Of a stretch of DNA of 64,000 nt, positions 40,588 to 54,395 are shown one piece after another. The stretch is from positions 48,608,001 to 48,672,000 of the forward strand of contig NC_043009.1 of assembly GCF_006345805.1 (NCBI RefSeq), read 5' to 3'. A program made the translations under genes and the position numbers. Source of the DNA: Octopus sinensis. Its lineage: Eukaryota. Positions within the stretch are counted from its first letter, which is position 1, and each line of letters starts with the position of its first letter. The notes beneath the pieces were generated by a model that saw only the letters and a list, made by a program, of their open reading frames with translations, was not told the origin of the DNA and ran no database searches.

Positions 40588-40634
<47 letters not shown>

Positions 40635-40762
40635 CTAATTATATTTTAAGAGAACGGTGAAGTATTCAGTTGAAATTTTAAGGGTTACGAATGAGACGAA
40701 ATGTTATTCAAGATTGATGGCCTTGTGTCAAAATTTGAAAGAATTAATAATTTTTGGGGGTT

Positions 40763-40915
40763 TACGTTCTGAATCAGATACCACCGAGGTCAACGTTGGT
40801 TTTCATCCTTTCAGGATAGATAAATGAAGTACCAGTTGCGTATTGGGGTCGATCTAATCGACTGCCCCGCCTCGCCAAAAATTTCGGGCCTTGTGCCTAG
40901 AGTAGAAAATAATAT
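40763..40915 (+). mobile_element. SINE family 1, 3' part, tail A
   Basis: TTTCATCCTTTCAGG..GATAAAT.AAGTACCAGT followed by GGCCTTGTGCCTAGAGTAGAAA. Confidence 0.75.
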
Positions 40916-40926
40916 TATTTTTATTT

Positions 40927-40966
<40 letters not shown>

Positions 40967-42194
40967 TATAGAAGGAGGAGAAGAAGTAGGTGATGGTGAA
41001 AGATGGTTAGTGGAAGTTGCAGATGGTAGAATAAGTGGGCCAGGAGATAAAGTACATTGTGTTATTTAATTATGTATCTGTATGCTCTGAGTTCAAATCC
41101 TTCTTTGGACAATCACGTTCGTTACATCAAAACTTATCATAATTCTAAAATTTCTAAAAAAAAAGAAAAAAATGAAAAAGAAGAAAAAAGATTTTAGTTA
41201 GCAATCAAAACGTCTGAGGGGTTTGGGGTTCATAATTCGAACCTAGGACTCTTGGTTCAGGTGTAGACAACTACATGAAGACATTCACTCAACAACCAAT
41301 CTCTATAGAGTAGAAATGATGTTATAATATAAACAAGTGGCTTCGTGGCTCGGATCTGCTCGTTAATCAAATAAAGTGTTTAAATGAAACTTAATCCAAA
41401 TTCTGATCCTTTAAGGGAAAAATAAAACTTGTCGATTTGAGTGAAGTATGCTTAGAGGAAGAAAGATGGCGTATAATTATAATGTTGGTCTTCCTCTTGA
41501 GAGTCACTGAGTCATCACTTTTCCAAGCTCTATAATTTCAATTCGTTTTGTGTTTTCCAGTTTTATTTTTCATCAGTTTTTAAATGTTTCAGATATGCAT
41601 GCACATGCTCACACACGCTTGCACATGCGCAGATTCATGCGCACAAACCGACACACATTTACAAAAAATTACGGAAAGATATACGAAGATTCACGCACAC
41701 ATGCACACACAAAAAGTATACACGTGTGGATTTATAAACACGCATTTAACACAAGCGTGTGTAAATGTATACATCAGGCCTATAAATGCAGGCGTAAATG
41801 GCCTCGTTTTTAAACGTGTAAACATACACATGATGATGCGTATACGTATATAAACACGTAGATACATAAATACACATGCTTAGGCATACATATATATACA
41901 CAACAGTAGTAGAAGCAAACAAATTTGCTTACACACATATAAACATGCACGTCCTCACGTACATCTTCACAAATATAGATACGTCCACACACATTTGCAA
42001 ATAAATACAAACGTATATAAAGAAGCACACGTACACACACACACAGGCATACACACACACAGACATACACACACACAGACGAGGATACAAATAAGCGCAC
42101 ATATATACACTTATCTACTCGTATTTAATACAAGTATATATACACATACAAAACAGACGTATAAACCCAAATGTAGATATCTTATAGAGACAAG

Positions 42195-42321
42195 CTTTGT
42201 GAGTGAATTTGGTAGACGGAAACATAAAGAAGCTCGTCGTATATATGTATATATATGTATATATGTATATATATGTATATATGTATATATATGTATATAT
42301 ATATATATATGTATATATATG

Positions 42322-42356
<35 letters not shown>

Positions 42357-42557
42357 TTGTGTGTCTGTGTTTGTCCCCCCAACATCGCTTGACAACCGAT
42401 GCTGGTGTGTTTACATCTCCGTAACTTAGCGGTTTGGCCAAAGAGACCGATAAAATAAGTACTAGGCTTACAAAGAATAAGTCCTGGGGTCGATTTTCTC
42501 GACTAAATGTGGTGCACCAGCATGGCCACAGTCAAATGACTGAAACAACTAAAAGAG
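42195..42557 (+). mobile_element. SINE family 2, 5'-truncated
   Basis: Matches the family from TTGTGAGTGAATTTGGTAGACGG onward. Confidence 0.85.
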
Positions 42558-42855
42558 ACATACAGAGACTTATAAAGACAAATATACACATAAAGACACA
42601 CACATATATACATACATACGTATACACACGTACATGTATATAGAACGATAGAAATACAGAAATTTTCGTACAAACATATAAACTTGCATATATATGTCCA
42701 CACACATTTACAATTACACGCAAACACAAACACAAACTTATAATATTTAATAAAAGCGTGTAGAAATACACAGCAGGTGAAGAAATACAAAGATAAGCAG
42801 CCACGTGTATAAACATATAAACGTATACATAAACGCACACGTATATAAACACATC

Positions 42856-43174
42856 GTGGCACTCTGTCGTTTGCGACGACGAGGGTTCCAGTTGATCAGA
42901 TCAACGGAACAGCCTGCTCATGAAATTTACGTGCAAGTGGGTGAGTACTCCACAGAAACGTGTAGTTCTCGGGGAGAATCAGCGTGACACAAGGCTGGCC
43001 CTTTGGAATACCGGTACCACAGAAAACAGGAAGAAATAGGGAGAGAAAGTTGCAGTGAGCCTCGTATGAGCTTTAGGTGTTTTCGCTCAATAATTACTCA
43101 CAACTCCCGGTCTGGGAATCGAAACGGCGATCCCTACTATCGCTAGTTCGCTGCCATGACCACTGGGCCATTGC
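42856..43174 (-). mobile_element. SINE family 4 3' part joined to a family 3 head
   Basis: 42856-43020 matches 17260-17412; 43060-43174 matches the head at 10027. Confidence 0.65.
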
Positions 43175-43190
43175 AGTCCCACGAATTTAA

Positions 43191-43223
<33 letters not shown>

Positions 43224-43479
43224 AATATATAAATAAATATATATATATATAAATAAATATATGTATATAAATAAATACATATATATCAATAGATATATAT
43301 ATGAATATGTATATATATATATATATAATAATAAATATTAGGGAATAAATCCAAATTACAGGGAAAAAATCAGATTTAGGATAAATCGATTTATAGTAAA
43401 ATATTATAAATATATTAGAGACAAAACCACTATTTTGCAAAACAAACAAGGAAAGACTTAATCAATACATAAAATTTTA

Positions 43480-43534
<55 letters not shown>

Positions 43535-43826
43535 TACATGGGCTTATAAGCACATACATACATCAGAGTGAAAACAACAAAGATTTTCTTCCGCACGTAT
43601 ACACATGCATTTCAGTGTCTACTTCACCATTTTACGTTCTGAGTTCAATTCTTCTGTGTTCTCTTTCTATTCTTCTGAGGATGATATAATTTTCTCGGTG
43701 TAATACAACAAGAACCAGTAGTCAAGATAGTAGAGTAAATAGGAAATTAATTATAACAGGTTAGAAACAAATATGAAGTGATAAAAGGAACGAAAATAAA
43801 ATCACATTATCAGTTAAATACTAATA

Positions 43827-44336
43827 CATTAATCTCTCGACTATCGCGGGTGTTACGTTCAAAAAGCCTCTGCGATAGGGGAAAATCTGCGAAGAAGAAT
43901 CAGTACTCTACTGTATGTGTTTAATTTTTTTAAATTATTTTTATAATTTGTATAAATTTATTTTATTATACATGCAACCCCATAAACAACCCCATAAACT
44001 TGCCTCCCGAGTTTCGTTTTCCATACAGTATGTGCGATTCTTTGTTTATTCATCGTCGGTACACTTGTATTTTCTTTTAATATATTTTGATTAATGTGTT
44101 ATATAGAGCAGTACTGTACTGTATTTTTAATTATGAATTTATTAATTATTAGGCGTGGAAACGCTTATTTTTACCACAGAAATAATTAAAATGTAAAAAA
44201 ATATAAATACTTATCGGCCGCAGAAATACGCGATATACTGAGGAGTCCGCCATATAAATTTGCATATAGTAGCTAGAAAAATCCGTGAGGTACTGAAGGC
44301 GCGATAGGTGAACCGCGATATGGCGAGTGATTACTG
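43827..44336. mobile_element. pogo/Tigger-type MITE (510 bp)
   Basis: TIRs CATTAATCTCTCGACTATCGCGG and (reverse complement) CAGTAATCACTCGCCATATCGCGG, with TA on both sides. Confidence 0.82.
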
Positions 44337-45269
44337 TACTGTTTTTGAATTCCTTCAAATAAGGGAGATAACTTCGGACCTGTTTAGGCATTATCAAATC
44401 TTTCCAGTAATGCATGTGTTTACTGTAATTGTCTTGGTAGCTACAGGAGAACTTCCGTCACAATATTGTTCGCAAGCTGGTGTAGAATATCAGAATATTG
44501 CGTGGACTAAATTTACTAGAAGACGCTATCCACTCGAATTAACTGTACTTAAGTTAGTGTTAACATATTCAGTGTAATGAGCCTCAGAAAACTAATTAGA
44601 AATAATTATGCAGTGAATATCAGACAATTTTAATCATTCATCTCTTCTGAGATCGATAAATTATGAACTAATAATACACTGAAGTTTGATATCATCAACT
44701 GTAGAACTCTCCTCTATAAGTTTGAAGTCATATGATCAATATAAGGAATTACAATACGAAAGACGGTTATAATGAACACCTCTTAATTATTAAAATATTA
44801 ATTCTACTATGAACTTGACACATTTCTCCATCATTTCCATGCGTTAGGTTTTTTTCATAAGATGCTACTATGCTACTCAGAGGAAAACAGTCAATGTAAA
44901 ACCCATGATATTTTATTCCTGAAACCTCTCGTTGTAGTTACACCAACCCAGTTGATTGCCAGTATCATTGTCCACCAAAACAAACCAGGCGTTTATTTTG
45001 CTTCCTTTTTGCTTAATCACTTATATCTAAACGAATTTCTCTCTTCGGAGAGATGGGTAAACATCTGCCTAATTTTTTCAGTGGGAGTAAGGGCTATTTC
45101 TCACTTAATATTACATATGTAATTAAATATACAAATAAAACACGCACCAAGGAAGAGATGAGTAAGGCTAGAAATAGCAGAAACATTTTCCAACAAATAC
45201 GTATACGCATCATCATCATGTGTATGTCTACACGTTTAAAAACGAGGCTATTTACGCCTGCATTTATAG

Positions 45270-45900
45270 GCCCGTGCTGCCAACAAAGCACGCGGAATTC
45301 TGTTCTTTATTCGACGGTCATTCGGAATGCTCACAGCAGCCATATTCCTACCACTCTATGTCACGCTGGTGAGACCCATATTGGAGTACGGGATTCAAGC
45401 CTCTTCTCCTTATCTCCTCAAAGACATACAGCATCTCGAAAGAGTCCAGAAGCTGGCTACCCGCATGGTTCATGGTCTCAAAAATTTGTCTTATGAAGAA
45501 AGGCTGAGGACGCTCGACCTTTATTCTCTAGAAAAACGCCACCGCCGTGGTGATCTCATCTCGCTCACAACATCATAAGCAGAAAGTGTAACCTCTCGAA
45601 AGAACTGTTCTTCACTCCTGCTCCAGAGCGTCGGCTGCGGGGTCATTCCGAAAAGCTCTATCTGCGACGATTTCATCTGAATCGAAGGAAAGGAGCTTTC
45701 TCCGTCCGGGTTGCGGATCCGTGGAACAAGATGCCAGACGAGATGGTGAAGATGCCGACGACCGCTTTGTTCAAAGTCTCCCTTGACCTCAAGTGGCCTG
45801 AACTCTTTACATGAACACCACCCTGTACTTAACTTCATGTCCCCCTACATGGCCTTGCTTTTTGCTTTTTGAGCCAAAAATTAACTAACTAACTAACTAA
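45270..45900 (+). mobile_element. CR1-clade LINE, 5'-truncated
   Basis: LYVTLVRPILEYG..ASSPY...I..LERVQ..ATR...LSYEERL...L.SLEKR..RGDLI, then RGH..KL and FS.RV..PWN. Short 3' UTR and (AACT)n tail. Confidence 0.92.
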
Positions 45901-45942
45901 CATTTACACAAGCAATTGATTTTGAATAACAAAGACAATAAT

Positions 45943-46141
45943 AATTCTTTTTAATTTTGGCGCAAAATCAGCAATTTTAGGATCGGTTACATTGACTCGA
46001 GTACTAAACTGGTAATAATTTCATGGACATCGATGTGACGAAAGACAAAGTTGACCACAGCGGGATTTGAACTCAGAAAGTAAAGACAGACGAGATACCG
46101 TTCAGAATTTTACCCGGTGTGCTAACGATTCTTCCAGCTCA
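45943..46141 (-). mobile_element. Old SINE family 1 monomer, tail A-like
   Basis: ATTTGAACTCAGAA..AAAGACAGACGAGATACCG...GTGCTAACGATTCTTCCAGCTC. Confidence 0.7.
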
Positions 46142-46252
46142 TCACCTTGCGATCAGACTTAATATAAATCATAATTCTTTCCAGTTTTGACATAAGGCTA
46201 GCAACTTTAGAAAGGAGAGAGACGATTACATCAAGAAGAAGAAGAACAACAA

Positions 46253-46285
<33 letters not shown>

Positions 46286-47204
46286 GAAATGGGAAAGGAC
46301 ACCTTTTGTAAAAGGTAGTCCTAAAACTATACAATGAATAAAATCATAGGAGGGTTACGACTAAATTAGACAGGGTCGTAGATCAACTTGATCAGAGCTG
46401 ACCTACGCTAAGCAACAGCAGCCGCAACAATAGCAACAACAATTACACTCACTACTAGTAGACTACTGCTGCTGTTGCTGCTACTACTACTACTAGTAGT
46501 AGTAGTAGCAGTAGTAGCAGCAGCTGTAGTAGTAGTAGTAGTAGTAGTAGTAGTTGTAGTAGTAGTAGCAGCAGCTGTAGTAGTAGTAGTAGTTAGTAGT
46601 AGTAGTAGTAGTAGTAGTTGTAGTAGTAGTAGTAGCAGTAGCAGCAGCAACAGCACAGTAGTAGTAGTAGTAGTAGTAGTAGTTTATGGCAGTTTACAAT
46701 GAAATCTCATCGTAGTCGGTTGACATACTAGAAATAATAGCCAAATCAGCAAATCGTTGAAAGCTCTCTTCAAAACGAGAAGGATACATTTCAAAACATA
46801 GGTAACGTTACAGTATAGTAGGATATAAATACGGATGGTCACTAGTGGATTACATTAGACCATAAGTCACAGGACTATACTGCAACAACAACAATGAAGG
46901 AATTTCGCCATGATCTTCTGTGCCGTTGGAATTAACAATCTGATCTTCCTTAAATTACACTGTCCTTCACAAGAAAATGTGAAGGACGTGTTAAATAGTC
47001 TGGCCACAGATATTTCGGAGACGTACTTGTTAGGCAAGTGATTTGATCAACGTTGAAGACAGCGATTCAAGACATGCAAAGTCTTGATTTTATGTTTAAA
47101 CATTTATTGTTTGGTGTCAAAATTTTCCTCGCACCAATTGTAACCTGGTTAGGGACACACTTCACTACATCCGGTTTGGGACGAGGTTGTTGATCAGCAT
47201 ATAT

Positions 47205-47722
47205 TAGAGGGGACAGACAAAGGGACTAGGTTGATTACATCGATTCCAGTGCGTAACTGGTACTTATTTAATCGACCCCGAGAGTATAAAAGGCAAAGTC
47301 GACCTCGGCGGAATTTGAACTCAGAACGTAACGGCAGACGAAATACCTATTTCTATTTCTTTACTACCAACAAGGGGCTAAATATAGAGAGGACAAACAA
47401 GGACAGACAAACGGATTAAGACGATTATATCGACCCCAGTGCTTAACTGGTACTTATTTAATCGACCCCCAAAGGATGAAAGGCAAAGTCGACCTCGGCG
47501 GAATTTGAACTCAGAACGTAACGGCAGACGAAATACGGCTACACCGGTGTTTCGTTCTGAGTTCAAATTCCACCGAGGTCGATTTTGCCTTTCATCCCTT
47601 CGGGGTCAATTAAATAAGTACCGGTTATGCACTGGGATCGTTTTAATCGGCTTTATCCCTTTGTAAGTCTTTGTTTCTCCACTCTATGTTTAGCTAGCCC
47701 CATGTGGGCAGTAAAGAAATAA
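47205..47722. mobile_element. SINE family 1 dimer (minus) fused head-to-head with an inverted copy (plus)
   Basis: Junction GACGAAATAC|CTATTTC at 47346/47347. Inverted unit at 47553-47722. Confidence 0.88.
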
Positions 47723-48505
47723 ATATCAATACCATTAATCTCTTAGAAACGCCTTGAATAGAAATCGAAACCCGCTGGAAAGCTCCGTTCGCAATCCATG
47801 TAACGATGCTACATTACACATACTACTAGAAACATTTCATAATGATCTTGATATGGCCGACACAACAGTAAATTTCTATTCAGCGTTTGAACTGTAAGGT
47901 CAAAGTGGCACATTCGTCTTATCCCTTTCTTTCATTCCTTGTATATATTCCAGCCTTTCTCTTTTCGCTGTTCCTTTATACATTCTTCTCATGCTCAGGA
48001 ATTTTTGTACACTTTTCTAATCTAGTCTACTCATTTTTTTTTTTTTTTTGAGCTTTGCTTCTTTCTTCGCTTTCTGCAAATGCACCAATTTGCAGATATG
48101 ATATATTTTAGAACAAAACATGCATGCCAGATAATTAATGTGACTATAGAAGAAACATCCGAAACAGTGTGTGCGTGTTTACATACATACATACATTTGT
48201 ATATGCACATATACATATAATTATGTATGTATGTATATATATATATATATGTATGTATATATATGCACTTTTGCTTATATATATATATATATGTATAATA
48301 CATTATACATGACTAGAAGCGTATTCTTAAACATATACCTACATATATGTGTCTACACTGAAACACGGATCTGTAAAGCATATATACATACATGACATAT
48401 ATACGAGTGTGAGTTTAGTGTGTGTGCATGTTTGTATGTATGTGCATATGTGCGTGTTTGTGTATATATATTCATGTATGTATAAGTGCGTGTACATGCA
48501 TATAT

Positions 48506-48540
<35 letters not shown>

Positions 48541-49291
48541 GTATGCTATCGCGTATAACAAGCATATGAGTGTTTAACGGAAGATGCATGTATACGTGTT
48601 ACATATAGATACACATATTTATATTTGTGTATATATATGTATGGGTATGTGTGTGTGTGTGTACATGTGTGTGTGTATGTGTGTATGTATATGTACGTAT
48701 GTGTGAGCTTATATATACACTCGTATACCATGCAGATACATGCATACGGGCATGTATACGCATACATGCACGTACGCGCCCAGCCATACATGCACATATA
48801 CACAAACATACAGTCTTCTGCTTGTTTGTTATATATTGTCTTTTATTAATAATTTTGCGTGAATTTAAGCCAAACAAAAATGGCTAGAAGAAACAGGAAG
48901 AACACTAGATAAAAGAAAGAGTAAACGCCAATAACATAAAACAATAAAACAACAATTCAAAAGAAAGAAGAGGGGGAGAGAGAGGGGGAAAAGAGACAGA
49001 GACGGAGAGGTAGAAAAAGAGAGGGACAGAGAATAAGAGAAAGAAAGAAAGAATGAAAGAAAGAAAGAAAGGAAAATCGATAGTAATTTCATTGTTGGAT
49101 CGTTATTTTCACAATTCTTAAGATGGCTGCCAACAAAATTTGGTTGACGTGAACCAATCATCCCGTAGGGTAGATTGATATCGGTCTTCAGAATTATTGA
49201 TTATTAAAATTAATTTACAGTCAAACATGTAGACACATGCAGACATATGCACATACAAACACACGCGCGCACACAACCTCATATATGTATG

Positions 49292-49336
<45 letters not shown>

Positions 49337-49404
49337 ATGGATGGATGTATGTGGTTTATATATATATATAATATATATAATATATCTGTGTGTTATAGAT
49401 AGAT

Positions 49405-49447
<43 letters not shown>

Positions 49448-50094
49448 TGTATATGCATTTTCGTATCTTTGGAGATGAGATTTTTCACGATATAACCCAG
49501 TTAGAGGGAAGTCGGCTCAATCCAAATACCCCAAAACGTAAGACAATATGTGCAGTGGAGAGGAAGATAAACTACTGTAACAAATCCATGGATATTCTTA
49601 TCTTCTCTACATTCTGAGACTGCATCAAGCATTACCTGTATATATACGCATGCGTGTGGGGATGTATGTGTAAGTGTGTTTGTATATATATGTATGTAGA
49701 TGTGTGTGGGTGTATATAATTATATATATATATATATATGTGCGTGTATGTATGTGTATGCATGTATGTAAGTTTATAAGTGTGTGTGTGTGCGTGGCTT
49801 AGTGGATGGGGTGTTGAAGTCAATATCGTAAGTTTGTGGCTTCGATTCCTGAACAGAGCGATGCGTTGAGTTCTTCAGAAAAACACTTCATTTTACTCTC
49901 AGTCCACTACAGTCCAGTCAGCTACCAAGAAAACGGAATAATCCTACGATAGATAGGCGTCCCGTCCAGGGTAATACATACATCACTGGAACCATAAAAC
50001 CGGCCCTATGAATCTATATGACTCGTGGAGGATTTATATATACGATAGTGGTACAAAAATGCACCAATATTTACTGGTGCTTTGTTTCATTTAG

Positions 50095-50225
50095 GTAGAC
50101 AAAAAACAGACGTATTAATATAACGCTCGGGAAGTGAAAAAGTCTTTAACGTTTCGAGCCTACGCTCTTCCACAGAAAGGAACACAGAAAGAAACAAGGA
50201 GAGAAAATAAAGAAAAGGAAATAAA
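50095..50225 (-). mobile_element. Short hammerhead-bearing repeat, same family as 24600
   Basis: Minus strand 50143-50180 reads CCTTT-CTGTGGA-A-GAGC-GTAG-GCTC-GAAA-CGT-T-AAAGA. Confidence 0.65.
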
Positions 50226-50260
50226 TAAGCCTATATATATATGTGTGTGTGCATATATAT

Positions 50261-50331
<71 letters not shown>

Positions 50332-50333
<2 letters not shown>

Positions 50334-50500
50334 GGCTTAGGAGTGGCTGTGTGGTAAGTAGCTTGCGTACCAACCACATAGTCCTGATTTCAGTCTCACT
50401 GCCTGGTACCTTGGTCAAGTGTCTTCTACTATAGCCTCGGGCCGACCAAGCTTTGAGAGTGGCTTTTGGTAGATGGAAAACTGGAAGAAGCCCGTTGTAT
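50332..50500 (+). mobile_element. SINE family 2, 5' half
   Basis: Head through AAGAAGCCCGT; ends in (TA)n. Confidence 0.8.
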
Positions 50501-50555
50501 ATGTATATGTGTATATGTATATATATATATATTAATATATATATATTATATATAT

Positions 50556-50587
<32 letters not shown>

Positions 50588-50829
50588 GCACGCGAGAGAG
50601 AGAGAGAGAGAGAGAGAAATACAAAGGCAATTCTAATTACCAGTAAATTTCTGCAACGTAAATTTAAATCAATACCTACCCACCTTCCCTCCTTCCTTCC
50701 TACCTACCTATCTATCTACCTACAAACTTACCTACATATACATATATATATATATGCGCACACACAAGCGCACACTTATGCGCGCACACGCACGTATATA
50801 TATGCTCATACCGGAGTAAGTACATAATT

Positions 50830-51049
50830 GTGAAACAAGGTGGAAAAAAGAGTACTCCAATACCAGAAGTAGAGTAATGTGCTTTATTTAAAAGCAGCAG
50901 AAAATATAACAAAAGCTGTTACTCAGAGTTGCACGTTCCTGTTCATCGGACAGTTTTGTTAACAAAGCTGTCCAATGAATGGGAACGGGAAACTCTGAGT
51001 AACAGCTTTTGTTATATGTTGTTATATTTTCTGCTGCTTTAAAATAAAG
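50830..51049. mobile_element. Fold-back element carrying two inverted hammerhead motifs
   Basis: Palindrome 50882-51049 centred on GTT|AAC (50960/50961). Motifs at 50916-50953 (minus) and 50968-51005 (plus). Confidence 0.8.
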
Positions 51050-51075
51050 TATATATACTCATATACATATATATG

Positions 51076-51343
51076 AAGGCTCAGGCGTGGTTGTGTGGTA
51101 AGAAGCTTTCTTCACAACCACATGGTTCCGAGTTCACTCCCACTGCGTTGCATTTTGCCCAACTGTCTTCTACTATAGCTTTTTGGGCCGACCAAAGCCT
51201 TGTGAGTGGATTTGGTAGACGGAAACTGAAAGACCGATAGAATAAGTACTAGGCTTACAAAGAATAAGCCATCGGGTCGATTTCTTCGATTAAAGGTGGT
51301 GCTCCAGCTCGGCCGCATTCAAAAGACTGACACAAATAAAAGA
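51076..51343 (+). mobile_element. SINE family 2 with internal deletion
   Basis: GGAAACTGAAAGA is joined directly to CCGATAGAATAAG; the microsatellite segment is absent. Confidence 0.82.
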
Positions 51344-51561
51344 ATTTATGCATATATGTAAATGCGATTCTATAATTCTTTATAAGTCACAAGGAATTTT
51401 ATAATATATCGTTTAGTAGTAGGTTGTTTTTTTTATCAGTAAATGCTTTGTTGTTCTTAAACTGACTTTTGAATAATAAACTTTACCTTAAATTAACACA
51501 TACACACACAAATATATCTTTATGTATGTATATATATATATTATATATATTATATATATAT

Positions 51562-51606
<45 letters not shown>

Positions 51607-51626
51607 GATTATATATAATATATATG

Positions 51627-51679
<53 letters not shown>

Positions 51680-52079
51680 GTACGCGCACATAAATCCTCA
51701 CATATCTGTACATTCATACATACGTAGATATACACATACATATCTGTATATACGTATACACACACACATATACACACACATACAGCGTAAGGGAGGGAGA
51801 GAGTAAGCGACAAAGAAAGAGAAATGTGTGAAATAAAAACAAAAACAATGGCCGCTCGGTTTCTTTTCGCTTCATTTTGACATTTACGGCATAATACTGA
51901 ACTGAAAGCGCGCCGCTGTTTTAAACATCTCAAAATCAGTGGCAAATCGGTAAAATTTCGAAATCGTATAATGGAAAATTCATGTAAAGGATATGATTGA
52001 AAAATACGTTTCTGTTCTATATTTTTTCTATGTCACGCGTAAATCTGCATTGCATTGTACAGCGGTGCTGTATGCGTAC

Positions 52080-52136
<57 letters not shown>

Positions 52137-52391
52137 TGATGTATCATGTATTTTGTATGTGAGTATTTATGTATGGGGATTGGTGCCTGTTGTCATTATA
52201 CTGGAAAGAGAAGAATGTAACGAGAGAGAAAAGAAGAAGGCTAATAAGAGAAACAACCGTGGAATTGAGAGACAGAAAAAGAAAGAGTGTGAGAGAGTGT
52301 AAGAGAGAAGAGGGACTGGGAAAAAAGAGAGAGAGAGAAACGTGAACGAGCCAAAAAGCTAAGAAACGTGTAGAAGATATGAAGAGAATAT

Positions 52392-52450
<59 letters not shown>

Positions 52451-52840
52451 CGATAGAGAGAGGGGGAGAAAGAAACAGAGTATGACAAATAGGGGGAAAG
52501 AGAGAAAGAAGTTGGATAAAAAGGGAGAAAGATTGAGAAGAGCTGTGGAGGGGATTTTTGCGAATAAGTTTATAGTCTGGTATCAAGCGCGATGATAATG
52601 GTGACCACGTTGTTGTTGATATTTGCTAAGCACTAAACGACATCGCGGAATATGCAACAAGATAAAGGAGGACAAGACGACATAAAAGAAATACTTTAAC
52701 AGATGGGATGCGTTTTATATATCAAAATATACGCGTGGTGTCGGCTCAGCGCTGTCGAGTGGTTAAAAAGTTCGTATCGAAACCTGTGAGATCCCGGGTT
52801 CCAATCCATGGACTGATAGATTTTTTTTTATTCTTTTAGA

Positions 52841-53170
52841 CGTTTCAGTCATTTGACTGCGGCCATGCTGGAGCACCGCTTTAACTGGTTTTAGTCGAAG
52901 AAATCGACCCCAAGACTTATAATTTGTAAGCCTAATACTTATTTAATAGGCCGATTTTGCCGAACCGGACATAAACACGCCAGCATCGGTTGTCAAGCGA
53001 TGGTGGGGGAAAACAAAGACAGAAAGACACACATACGCATACACACATACATTCTGTGCACCAAATCCACTCACAAGGTTTTGGTCGACCCGAAGCTATA
53101 GCAGAAGACACTTACCCAAGGTGCCATGCAGTGGGACTGAACCCAGAACCCAGAATGTGGTTGGGAAGCA
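52841..53170 (-). mobile_element. SINE family 2
   Basis: Family match. Confidence 0.82.
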
Positions 53171-53189
53171 TCTAATACAAATTTTATTT

Positions 53190-54314
53190 TCTATTGTTTC
53201 AGGACGGCCCATACCTTGTAAATGCAATTGAGTAAACTGAATCTGTGTAGAATCATGTCAGGCTGATTGTACCAGTAATTCAAGCGGTACAGTATTTGAA
53301 ACAAACTGCATGATGCTGATCTTGCCTGAGAGATTTGTCAGTGTTACATTACACATATCCGTGGAATTCACAAGAACTTAATCGTTAATACAAGGGCAGA
53401 TAATTCGCTCGATCGAACAAGTGAATCATCATCGACAAACGATGGAGATCCACAACTGTGATAACACGTGCAATAAAACTCCATGCGTGCGATACGGTCA
53501 TTGGAAAACTTTCATGGATAAAAATTATGCATCCAATGAGTAAACAAGCATATCCTTTACCGTACGGGAAAATTGAAGCGAGGCAAATAACTTCAATGAA
53601 ATCATCTGAGAAAATACTTTTGAGACTATAGACCACACAGATATTGATAGCTCTTCATTTTAATGGCAGTTGATGAAAGTAAGGGCGAGTGGCTATGTGG
53701 TAAGTAGCTTGCGAACCAACCACATGGTTCCGGGTTCAGTCCCACTGCGTGGCATCTTGGGCAAGTGTCTTCTGCTATAGCCCCGGGCCGACCAATGCTT
53801 GTGAGTGGATTTGGTAGACGGAAACTGAAAGAAGCCTGTCGTATATATGTATATATATATGTATGTATGTGTGTGTGTTTGTGTGTCTGTGTTTGTCCCC
53901 CTAGCATTGCTTGACAACCAATGCTGGTGTGGTTACGTCCCTGTCACTTAGCGGTTCGGCAAAAGAGACCGATAGAATAAGTACTGGGCTTACAAAGAAT
54001 AAGTCCCGGGGTCGATTTGCTCGACTAAAGGCGCTGCTCCAGCATGGCCGCAGTCAAATGACTGAAACAAGTAAAAGAGTAAAAGAGTACAAGAGTAAAG
54101 AGTATATAGCTGATCCGAATTCACCACAATACACATGAGATGGTGAACTGAAGATGGTGATCTCAGAACGCTTTTGTCATAAAGCTTAATTAGTTCTAGA
54201 ATGGTCCTTTTGGAAGTTGCTACGATGGTATCATGTGATCTTCGTAATTTTTGAAAATCCTCGTAAGTCCATAAACTTTTTCCCTTCCAGTAACGATTGT
54301 CGCAAAGGTAACGA
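53190..54314 (-). pseudogene. Decayed IS630/Tc1-type transposase split by a SINE
   Basis: Motifs in the expected order: HTH-like TILELIKL....RSPSSVHHL; IIFIHES (cf. FIDES); ICVM* (cf. IVMDN); FSLLNCIYKVWAVLKQ (cf. SP.LNPIE.VW..LK). Confidence 0.5.
53683..54102 (+). mobile_element. SINE family 2, young full-length copy
   Basis: High identity to 35332 and 38023. Confidence 0.9.
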
Positions 54315-54344
54315 CTGAAGCACACACACACACACACCCACACA

Positions 54345-54394
<50 letters not shown>

Positions 54395-54395
54395 A

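Noticed and set aside
53215-54314. Two phase-compatible minus-strand 'exons' (54125-54314 and 53215-53325) with AG/GT ends
   Set aside because: These peptides and the sequence between them line up with IS630/Tc1 transposase motifs in order, so a decayed transposon is the simpler explanation.
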